The notes below the pieces were generated by a model. That model ran no database searches, was not told the origin of the DNA, and worked only from the letters and a program-made list of their open reading frames with translations. Source: a virus (taxonomy: Duplodnaviria; Caudoviricetes). From it: a DNA stretch of 64,000 nt. The stretch lies in IMG/VR virus record IMGVR_UViG_3300037249_000709, positions 32,001-96,000 of that record. One strand, given 5' to 3'. Shown in pieces: positions 9,173 to 16,928 of the stretch (the stretch's first letter is position 1; each line of letters opens with the position of its first letter). Made by a program: the position numbers and the translations under genes.

Positions 9173-9252
9173 TGCGGATAACAGGATTTGAACCTGCACG
9201 CTTTCGCACCAGAACCTAAATCTGGCGTGTCTGCCTATTCCACCATATCCGC
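9173..9252 (-). tRNA. tRNA-Leu(TAG)
   Basis: loop TTTAGGT, long variable arm. Confidence 0.93.
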
Positions 9253-9380
9253 ATATTCCGCAAGACCCTCAAACAACTTGCGGCAATTTGGCTAACCAAC
9301 ATAGAAAGGAGATACTACAAACAAAACACATCAACACAACAAAAACACAAAAGTTAGCCGGGTTTTAACTTATACTCAAA

Positions 9381-10145
9381 TTACAACTGTGAGAAGAATA
9401 AATCCATAAGATTCCATTTTCTTCTACCTACCCAAACATCAGAAGAAAACATTGGTGTGTACCAAATTTCTTGACTTGATGTTGGTGTCGGAAACAATGC
9501 CGATTTTCCGGTCAGCGGATTTGTCAGCGTATCGGCAATCACTACATAGCCTGGACAGCCAAGCAATGAAAGCTGTATATAACACATAAGTCCTGCTACC
9601 CTATCAATATCCTGCGCCACAAACAAGACGTGGTTTTGATAATTGATTTCTCTATCCTTTAACGCATTCGCCATAGCAATTAGCATTGCTCCTGCGCCGC
9701 AAGCAGGGTCATTAACCGAAATCCAGCCTTTTTCTTTTACTTCTTCTTCTGCAAAATCAGCATTGATTGCTGCCATTGTTCTACATACACAGTACGGGGT
9801 GAAGAATTGACCTTTCCAATGGCTACCAAGATTTAGCCCCATAAACAATTCTCCGAGAAAATCCTGCTCTGGATTTTCTTCTAATGCTTCAACAATATAA
9901 GCAAATAGCTTAGAGCTTTTATCTACTCCGCCAAGTCTTTCAATGCAATCTGCATACTCTTTTTCTCGCTTGTCGTGTGTTTCGCCCTCTCTATCAATAG
10001 AGTTTGCAATAGCACAAGCCGTTGCCGCGATAAAATCCGCCCACACACTCCAAGAGCTTCTTGATACGCAAAGTTCTCCAAATGTCTTGATGAAAGATTT
10101 TGCGTAATCGTTTCTTATGATTGTAGTTTTTACTGTTTTAGCCAT
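9381..10145 (-). CDS. N-6 DNA methylase-like protein (no NPPY/F motif visible)
   Basis: GQFFTP and DPACGAGAML SAM-binding motifs. Confidence 0.75.
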   Translation of the reverse strand: MAKTVKTTIIRNDYAKSFIKTFGELCVSRSSWSVWADFIAATACAIANSIDREGETHDKREKEYADCIERLGGVDKSSKLFAYIVEALEENPEQDFLGELFMGLNLGSHWKGQFFTPYCVCRTMAAINADFAEEEVKEKGWISVNDPACGAGAMLIAMANALKDREINYQNHVLFVAQDIDRVAGLMCYIQLSLLGCPGYVVIADTLTNPLTGKSALFPTPTSSQEIWYTPMFSSDVWVGRRKWNLMDLFFSQL

Positions 10146-10170
10146 ACGAACATCACCTCAAAATAATAGT

Positions 10171-10245
10171 GGGTAATTTGGGATTCTCATACTGTTATAA
10201 CTTTAAACCAAATTATGTAATTAGAAGGAAGAATCCCAATAGCCC
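10171..10245 (-). ncRNA. Rot-associated Y-RNA-like stem-loop, copy 1
   Basis: GGG-CUA-UUGGGAUUCU-UCCUUCU-loop-AGAAUCCCAA-AUUA-CCC. Confidence 0.75.
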
Positions 10246-10298
10246 GTTCTCTACTCTCCCGGCGTTCGACCGAGAGAGTGAAATGGTGAGTCGTTTTG

Positions 10299-10373
10299 TA
10301 TCGGAAATTTTAGTTTCTAATCAAATACTTAAAATGGATATTTTTTTAGAAGGAAGAAACTAATTAGCCGATA
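10299..10373 (-). ncRNA. Rot-associated Y-RNA-like stem-loop, copy 2
   Basis: UAUCGG-CUAA-UUAGUUUCU-UCCUUCU-loop-AGAAACUAA-AAUUU-CCGAUA. Confidence 0.75.
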
Positions 10374-10380
10374 ATTTATT

Positions 10381-10461
10381 GGTCGGAAAGGTGGAGTTCT
10401 AAAATCTAATTCTTCAAAATCTGTATTATTCTATAAGAAGGAAGAACTACAATAGCCGACC
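10381..10461 (-). ncRNA. Rot-associated Y-RNA-like stem-loop, copy 3
   Basis: GGUCGG-CUAU-UGUAGUUCU-UCCUUCU-loop-AGAACUCCA-CCUUU-CCGACC. Confidence 0.75.
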
Positions 10462-10477
10462 TCTTGACTACTCTTAT

Positions 10478-10524
10478 ATTATATCATATTTTCTCAAATT
10501 TGTCAAGTAGTTATTTGGGTGTAT
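10478..10524 (-). promoter_or_regulatory. class-A promoter directly upstream of ncRNA copies 3-2-1
   Basis: TTGACA-N17-TATAAT plus ACCCAAATAACTAC box. Confidence 0.85.
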
Positions 10525-10542
10525 TTAAAAAATCAAAAAAAT

Positions 10543-12774
10543 TTATAACATTTCGCCCATATAATAATCAACATCAAACGGAGTGTAGATTTTTACATCT
10601 TTCACTTTCTCAACAACTTCTATCTCTTTGGTTTTTGGATTAACAACCTCAACCTTTTCGGTAACTGGTGTTGTATCAAGTGAAAATATGACATCCGCAT
10701 CTTCTCTCTTAGCAACTATCTCGCCCCTTGCCGCCACATTGAGCTTTACCAAATCATAAAGGTTTGGCTTTCTTAAATGTGTCATAGCATAGCATACAGC
10801 CGTCACGCCTTTAAGATTGCTCTCGATGTTGTTGCCGAAATAATGCGTTCTTGTTTGTGCTATTGGCATTGCAATATCACACCACACAAAACTTCTATCA
10901 ACGCAATCAAACACAACCGGAATACACACCTTACTATCAGAGTTTAAGTCGATATTCATTTCAACTGTTGATGGTTCAAAGATTTCACCTGAGTTCATAT
11001 CTTCTCTTTCCATCCAACCGAACGTCGAATTGGGCATTTGGTTGAAATGCTGCCCTGTGTAGCTATAAACTTGGAAAGCTACATACCTACCGCGTTCTGC
11101 AATTCTGTCAATGTTGATGTCGATAAACTCTGCAACACCTTGTCCATCGGGTGAACCACCATCTGTCCTATCGCCAGAGTGTATAGCAAGTAGGTCAGAT
11201 GAACGCAGCCGAGTATATGAAACGTGTTCAACAAAGTTCCAATGCTCATCATAAATTGCAGCAGACAAATCAAGGTCTACTCTGCCAGACCAGCCGCCAC
11301 ATGGAATGTTTGTCCACCAACAATATGCCCTTACAACATTAGAATTACCCTTGGTGTGTACACGGCTTCCTCTTACAAGATGTTTGCCACTCGTGCTTGC
11401 AGAACGCTGACTAAATGGCACGAGGAAATCCTTGAAGTCGTAGTCGATAAACACCTTGCCAAGATACTCCTTGCTCTTAAATTGACTTATAAGAGCATTG
11501 TTGCAAATTTTGACAATACTATCGCAAACATTTGTGTTAATGGGCGATAAATCATTGCGGATAGAAACAACATTCGAGAGCTTGCCTTTTGGGAAAAAGA
11601 CACGGTAATTATCTTCTTTGTATCTATCTGCGAAGTGCTGCCTAACTTGGAGCAAAACAGGAGTGGAAACTTCTTTCGCTACATTAGCAAAGCAATTTAC
11701 GATATAATTTTTATCCTTGTTATTAGCTTCTCTCAATAACTTATCCAACTGCCTTGCAAAGTCGCCTGGTCTTGACTTCAACATTTCCGCCGCACCCAAC
11801 ATATCCTTATTCCTAATTGCTTGCTGAACAAGTCCGGGTACGAATAGCGGCTTCTTATCATTGCGGATTTTCTGGAAAGCCTCGACAACGCTTTTATACT
11901 TTAACTGCTTGTATTCAGATGGGTGTACAATTTCCCCTACACGAATCCATTCGTATTGGTATCTATACATATCCTCTAAGATATTACCGCAGCCAGCAAG
12001 CAAGTCCATTATCATACGGCGCTCGTATCTCCGCAAGCTCCTATAATGTGTCTTTTCAGCAAGAGAAATGTCTCCATCAGACAAACAGGTGATTAGTCGC
12101 AAAACATCTGTTGCAGTCTTATAATACCTCTGTATCTTGTCTGCTTTCTTAAATGCCGCATTATCCAAAATCAGCTTACCGAGCAAAGCAACATTTTCTT
12201 TAAGAGGAATTTCTTCCGGCAGGACTTCGTAAAAGTTGTAATGTGTACTAATAAATTCCGACACATCCGCCTTGTCCTGCTCACTCAAACTCGTCTTGCT
12301 ACCCAAAAGATTCTTGAATATCTCAACTAAATCCTCATAAGTGCCGAGCGAGAGAACTTTCAGCTTAACATCGTCTATTAGCGGAAATCTTTCTTTTACC
12401 TCATAGCTCGGAACGATTTTGCCGTAACTCCAATAATGAACCATTGCATTGAAAAATAGCTCAAATTCACTTGCTTCGATTACCTGCTGCGGAAAATTCG
12501 GATAGAAAGGTTTATATACCTTGTCAGCTCCCACGAGCTTCTTTAGCTTATTAACAAGGTCAAAATAAAACTCCCTCCTATCATCATCGTCCAAAACCGT
12601 AACTGCATCAAACAGGCTTCTATCGAATGTAAAACCATATGCTTGAATATTTTTCATTATGGTTGCTGTCTGCCTACGGTCGTCATCCGTGCAAAATGGC
12701 AATGGAGCAATCGAGCTTGAAAGCTTTACTTTATTTCTTCGTCTTAGTAACACTTCGTTAATTTCGTTGTACAT
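10543..12774 (-). CDS. Rot-like protein (TROVE/Ro-related helical repeats plus C-terminal TerD domain)
   Basis: YKPFYPNFPQQV, TATDVLRL, RPGDFARQLDKLLR; TerD motifs RVDLDLSA, HSGD, AEFIDI, YSYTG; RBS AAAGGAG before ATG 12774. Confidence 0.75.
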   Translation of the reverse strand: MYNEINEVLLRRRNKVKLSSSIAPLPFCTDDDRRQTATIMKNIQAYGFTFDRSLFDAVTVLDDDDRREFYFDLVNKLKKLVGADKVYKPFYPNFPQQVIEASEFELFFNAMVHYWSYGKIVPSYEVKERFPLIDDVKLKVLSLGTYEDLVEIFKNLLGSKTSLSEQDKADVSEFISTHYNFYEVLPEEIPLKENVALLGKLILDNAAFKKADKIQRYYKTATDVLRLITCLSDGDISLAEKTHYRSLRRYERRMIMDLLAGCGNILEDMYRYQYEWIRVGEIVHPSEYKQLKYKSVVEAFQKIRNDKKPLFVPGLVQQAIRNKDMLGAAEMLKSRPGDFARQLDKLLREANNKDKNYIVNCFANVAKEVSTPVLLQVRQHFADRYKEDNYRVFFPKGKLSNVVSIRNDLSPINTNVCDSIVKICNNALISQFKSKEYLGKVFIDYDFKDFLVPFSQRSASTSGKHLVRGSRVHTKGNSNVVRAYCWWTNIPCGGWSGRVDLDLSAAIYDEHWNFVEHVSYTRLRSSDLLAIHSGDRTDGGSPDGQGVAEFIDINIDRIAERGRYVAFQVYSYTGQHFNQMPNSTFGWMEREDMNSGEIFEPSTVEMNIDLNSDSKVCIPVVFDCVDRSFVWCDIAMPIAQTRTHYFGNNIESNLKGVTAVCYAMTHLRKPNLYDLVKLNVAARGEIVAKREDADVIFSLDTTPVTEKVEVVNPKTKEIEVVEKVKDVKIYTPFDVDYYMGEML

Positions 12775-12823
12775 ATCATATCTCTCCTTTGGTAATTTGA
12801 AAATCATTTTTTTCTTTTAGCCT

Positions 12824-12888
12824 AATCGGAAATTGCGGTTTCATAAAGTTTACCCCATCTTTAGAAGGAAGAAACCGCATAGCCGATT
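12824..12888 (-). ncRNA. Rot-associated Y-RNA-like stem-loop, copy 4
   Basis: AAUCGG-CUA-UGCGGUUUC-UUCCUUCU-loop-GAAACCGCA-AUUU-CCGAUU. Confidence 0.75.
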
Positions 12889-12899
12889 TTTGAGATTAA

Positions 12900-12979
12900 G
12901 CAAGGAAATTTTAACAACTAAATTATAAATTTCAAGTCTATATCTTCACAAATAGAAGGAAGTTGTTAGATAGCCTTGC
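12900..12979 (-). ncRNA. Rot-associated Y-RNA-like stem-loop, copy 5
   Basis: GCAAGG-CUAUC-UAACAACU-UCCUUCU-loop-AGUUGUUA-AAAUUU-CCUUGC; starts 3 nt after tRNA-Lys. Confidence 0.75.
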
Positions 12980-12982
12980 AAG

Positions 12983-13055
12983 TGCGCCAGATGGGACTCG
13001 AACCCATGCTACCACGATTAAAAGTCGTGTGCTTTACCATCTAAGCTACTGGCGC
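12983..13055 (-). tRNA. tRNA-Lys(TTT)
   Basis: cloverleaf, loop CTTTTAA. Confidence 0.93.
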
Positions 13056-13172
13056 AAATTTGCAACAACCGCCATTGATTAGTAGCGATGGGTAGTTTTA
13101 ATTCTTCCCAAGAATACAAGCAGTTTATATACCGTCAGACTGTTAGCGGTAATCTTTGTTGTTGCGTTTTAC

Positions 13173-13247
13173 TGGTACTGAGTAATGGAGTCGAACCAAT
13201 GTCGGTCGCTTATAAGGCAACTGCTCTTACCGTTGAGCTAACCCAGC
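13173..13247 (-). tRNA. tRNA-Ile(TAT)
   Basis: loop CTTATAA, A73-CCA. Confidence 0.88.
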
Positions 13248-13262
13248 GTTTATATTTAAAAG

Positions 13263-13350
13263 CGGAGGGAGCGGGACTCGAACCCACACACCGTTGCCGG
13301 CTACTCACAGTTTAGCAAACTGCTCCCTTACCAATTAGGGTTATCCCTCC
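13263..13350 (-). tRNA. tRNA-Ser(GCT)
   Basis: loop TTGCTAA, long variable arm, G73. Confidence 0.92.
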
Positions 13351-13353
13351 ATT

Positions 13354-13443
13354 TGGCTGGGCGGGTGAGAATCGAACTCACGAGCGACCTTGTGGGTCTT
13401 GCAGGGGTCAAAGTCCTGTGCCTTACCGCTTGGCGACCGCCCA
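13354..13443 (-). tRNA. tRNA-Gln(TTG) with long variable arm
   Basis: U1-A72, loop CTTTGAC, G73-CCA; variable arm GACC-CACAA-GGTC. Confidence 0.85.
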
Positions 13444-13655
13444 ATATTTAACGCATAGATATTATTGCATAGTGCATTTAGCTTACCGCGCCGAGATTCG
13501 CTGCCTGTCAAGTTGCGCATACTTGACTGCCACTAAATGCACTACGGGTTGTTTCTTGGGCGAGATGACAACCAACTCGTTTCATTGAATAAATCCGCTA
13601 ATGTATTTCATTTGTACCTCCTCTTTCTTTTATCTCTCTCGGTTTCTACTCTTAT

Positions 13656-13700
13656 ATTATATCATATTTTCTCAAATTTGTCAAGTAGTTATTTGGGTTT
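13656..13700 (-). promoter_or_regulatory. class-A promoter driving tRNA cluster 2 / ncRNA / Rot operon
   Basis: TTGACA-N17-TATAAT plus box. Confidence 0.85.
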
Positions 13701-13712
13701 ATTTTTAGAAGT

Positions 13713-14492
13713 TTAATTTTCTTCTATATAAATAAGATTGTCAATATATTTACGCCCTTCCCCTTGAAAAATTGGTATCTCGTCATCTATGCTCCAATGG
13801 GGGCGACTACCATCTTCCTCTACTTTCTTTACACAACAGCTTCCCCTTTTATATTTTGTTGCATAACTCTCCCAATCAACGCCGATTGCTGATAGCATTT
13901 CTTTTACTTCTTTGCACGACTTGTTCTGCATATCTCTATGTGAGAAATATACATTACCCACCATATTGATAGAATTTCTCTCTGCATCCTTTTGTCGCCA
14001 CAAAATAACATTGCAGACTTCTTCTTTGGGAACATTGAACACACGGGCATCAAACATTCCGCCACGCTCCCACGCTCTCTGATACGCCAATGTTAGCACG
14101 GGAGATGTGATTTCAAGCTGGTCAAGATTTTTGCGATAAAATTTGTTAAACGCCATTGTAGCCATACTTGCCGCCACACTTGCACACTTCTGGATATTAT
14201 AATCAAACCATCCACAAGTATTTAGTTTGTTATAATCCACAAGCACAAGTGTGATTTCATCAGATTGCGTATAGCCCAACACAACACCCTGTATGTTCTC
14301 GCAAAGATACTTCATTGTGTCCTGCATAGTATCGGACATCAGCTTGTCGAATGGCTTTACAAAACCTCTTGTGAAAGTGTGGAACGCTTTTCCGTCAAGT
14401 CGGATAATAACTGGCGTTCTTTGCGTAAGATAGTTTCGCGTAACTTTTTCGTAACGTTTCATTCTGTCTCCGAACTCATCTTTTCTACACAT
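13713..14492 (-). CDS. tRNA(His) guanylyltransferase Thg1-like protein (3'-5' polymerase)
   Basis: RMKRYE, IIRLDGKAFHTFT, YTQSDEI, FDAR, WRQKDAERNSI motifs. Confidence 0.95.
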   Translation of the reverse strand: MCRKDEFGDRMKRYEKVTRNYLTQRTPVIIRLDGKAFHTFTRGFVKPFDKLMSDTMQDTMKYLCENIQGVVLGYTQSDEITLVLVDYNKLNTCGWFDYNIQKCASVAASMATMAFNKFYRKNLDQLEITSPVLTLAYQRAWERGGMFDARVFNVPKEEVCNVILWRQKDAERNSINMVGNVYFSHRDMQNKSCKEVKEMLSAIGVDWESYATKYKRGSCCVKKVEEDGSRPHWSIDDEIPIFQGEGRKYIDNLIYIEEN

Positions 14493-14504
14493 TGCTTTCT
14501 CTCC

Positions 14505-15161
14505 TTATTCAAATAAATGTGTTAATTTTCTCGGCTGATATTTCCTTGCATTTAAGCTACCGATTGTCGTTTTTACTTTGTCAATCATCGAAGAATCAAC
14601 GGTACATTCACTAAACTGACTTAATACAAAAAGCTCATCCTTTATCTTTCTTCTTTGTCGTAGTCTGTTCCTTAACATATTAAATGCAAGCCAACCTTGA
14701 TAAGCGTTGAATTTTCCAAACTCTATGTAATGATGAATGTCTGTTATTTCCAAATCAATATCGCTTAAATCTCTATTGAGCTGTTGCTTTCTTTCTTCTG
14801 TACTTACCACAAATTCCGAAAATTCGCTCAATTTTTCAGCAAATATATCGAGTTTAGTTTCGGTTATTTCGCTATCGGCAATTTCTTTTGTGGCTTCTTC
14901 TTTGGGCTTGACAAAATATTCTTCTTCTGCGGTACGAGCCTGCTCCACAAATACCTCATCTGCAACCTCGACAACGCGATAACGACCTCTTAAATTTTTC
15001 GCAATACAATTCTGTAATATATTTGTTGCTTTATTGCGCTGTTCCCATACTTCTCCTAATTCTTTTCTTTTTACAGGAACATAATTTCCATTATTATCTT
15101 TGCGAAGATATGTTCCATTTTTTGCTTGTATCATAAACTTAGACATCTCAATCACCTCCAA
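14505..15161 (-). CDS. conserved coiled-coil phage protein
   Basis: DIHHYIEF...RRKIKDE; start likely MSKFMIQ at 15146. Confidence 0.7.
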   Translation of the reverse strand: MEVIEMSKFMIQAKNGTYLRKDNNGNYVPVKRKELGEVWEQRNKATNILQNCIAKNLRGRYRVVEVADEVFVEQARTAEEEYFVKPKEEATKEIADSEITETKLDIFAEKLSEFSEFVVSTEERKQQLNRDLSDIDLEITDIHHYIEFGKFNAYQGWLAFNMLRNRLRQRRKIKDELFVLSQFSECTVDSSMIDKVKTTIGSLNARKYQPRKLTHLFE

Positions 15162-15221
15162 TTAATTACTTGCGTTGTTTCTTGTGGCTTAATCAAAGGC
15201 TGCCGAAGCAGCCAATGATAT

Positions 15222-16211
15222 TTAACCGAATATGGTCAGTGCGTCTTTCAATACCGACATACGCTTCTCTATTACTCCGTATTCTTTGGCGTATTTTGCA
15301 AGCTCCATATTATCCTCTTGATTCTTTTTAGATGTAATGATTTCTTGCACCCTTTCGTTACCTAATTGCTCAACAAGAAAATCATAAAAACCAAGTAAAT
15401 AAATGTTTCTTTGGCTGATATTACTAATCTGCTTGTATCGAATAACATCTAACATTTTGTGGCTTAACGCCCTTGCGAAATCAGCTTTATCTCTTGAATC
15501 AACATCATGCTCTCTTGACGCTCTAATGATGAGCTTAAAATAACCGCCTTTATACGGCTTTGCAACCATCATTCCTTTTGGCGTGTCTATCACACCTAAA
15601 TTATGCACCCATTTCAATAAATCCAGCGTTTTATCTTGTAACTTAACAACTTTGTGAGGAAAATGAACTTCTTTGTTGTCAAAATCTATATCGCTTTCTT
15701 GAAGCTCTACAATCTCTTTTGTGGTAGCAAAGCCATCATATATTAGCATTATTAAACATTCTGCATATTTTGCTGTGTGTTCTCCAATGGTTGCATCATT
15801 GTATATTTTGCGTATAATATCTTCGATAGTGGCGTAGGTAATTGTTTCTTGCTTCTGAGGAAGTTGCTTCATTATGCCATCAATCAGCGCACTACCCCTC
15901 ATTCGTTTGTCGTTCCACGGGTTTTTTATGACTTCCACATTATCAATGTAATAATTCCATAATGCGCGGTAAACAGTAGATATTAGCATATAGGTTTGTT
16001 TCGTAAGTAATTCGCCCGTTCTTATACTTCTAAATGTTACGAGCAGACCAAACAGTTCATCAACATCCATATCAAAAATTGATTTCCCTAATGTTTTTTC
16101 GTATTCGTAAAGCTCTGCCCTATCTACCTGCGCTCGTCCTCTTTCTTCTGTTGACTTAGGTATTGTTTCGTAATACCTATTAAAAACCTCTTTTGTTTCC
16201 ATTTTTGCCAT
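15222..16211 (-). CDS. degenerate tyrosine-recombinase-fold protein, MrpR/YopR-like repressor
   Basis: LIYDGFATTKEIVELQESDIDFDN integrase-like box without catalytic Arg; no HxxR; own class-A promoter; RBS GGAGG before ATG 16211. Confidence 0.6.
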   Translation of the reverse strand: MAKMETKEVFNRYYETIPKSTEERGRAQVDRAELYEYEKTLGKSIFDMDVDELFGLLVTFRSIRTGELLTKQTYMLISTVYRALWNYYIDNVEVIKNPWNDKRMRGSALIDGIMKQLPQKQETITYATIEDIIRKIYNDATIGEHTAKYAECLIMLIYDGFATTKEIVELQESDIDFDNKEVHFPHKVVKLQDKTLDLLKWVHNLGVIDTPKGMMVAKPYKGGYFKLIIRASREHDVDSRDKADFARALSHKMLDVIRYKQISNISQRNIYLLGFYDFLVEQLGNERVQEIITSKKNQEDNMELAKYAKEYGVIEKRMSVLKDALTIFG

Positions 16212-16287
16212 ATAGAATACCTCCATTCTATCTAAGACTAAGAATAACACAAATTAAAAATTTTGTCAAGTAATTATTTGTATAAAC

Positions 16288-16689
16288 TTAACCACAAATT
16301 TCCGCTCTTACTCTTTGAAGAATAGGGAATTGTATAAGCATAGCTTTCCATATAGCATTTAGCAATTCCTCGTTTTCAATAACTCCAATACACTTTTCGA
16401 GACTTTCAATCGGAATCGTTGTAATTTGTTCAATCAGCAATGTACTGGGCTGCCTTAATCCGTACTGCCCATAATCCCATAGCTCAACGTGAATAGGCAA
16501 ATTCCTTTTGTTCATCTTTGTAGTTAGTGGAATTACATTAAGAGTGGGCGCGTATGTATTATTCTTGTCGTTAGATAGAATGAATACAGGTCTATATCCT
16601 GTCTGTACGCTACTGCTTTTAATGGTTATCTGACACATCCAAATTTCGCCACATTTAGGGTTCTTTCCATAGTTGGCTTTAATACACAT
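16288..16689 (-). CDS. PemK/MazF-family endoribonuclease-like protein, no adjacent antitoxin
   Basis: GEIW, SVQTGYRPVFILSND, VIPLTT, LPIHV, EQITTI. Confidence 0.88.
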   Translation of the reverse strand: MCIKANYGKNPKCGEIWMCQITIKSSSVQTGYRPVFILSNDKNNTYAPTLNVIPLTTKMNKRNLPIHVELWDYGQYGLRQPSTLLIEQITTIPIESLEKCIGVIENEELLNAIWKAMLIQFPILQRVRAEICG

Positions 16690-16928
16690 ACTTTACCCTC
16701 CGTTCCTTTTTTAATATGTAACGGAATTTGCACTTTTGGGGAGAAAAGCAGTGCTTGAATGTGCCTATTGTTTTACCTTCTCTTTCGCATATTTAGCATT
16801 GGAATATCTCTCGCTTTTTTTGCACAAAAATACCGTTACCCGATTTCTTGCACATATTAAGATTTAATACCCCAAAACTATAATTATTCTTCACCATCGG
16901 AAGCACCTCTTGTCTTTGTTATCTTGTA

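Noticed and set aside
9381-10145. Complete type I R-M system
   Set aside because: No HsdS or HsdR nearby and no NPPY/F catalytic motif in the ORF.
10169-10363. Plus-strand ORF using AGAAGGAAG as RBS-like signals
   Set aside because: The motif sits inside co-varying stems, and promoters and tRNAs point to the minus strand.
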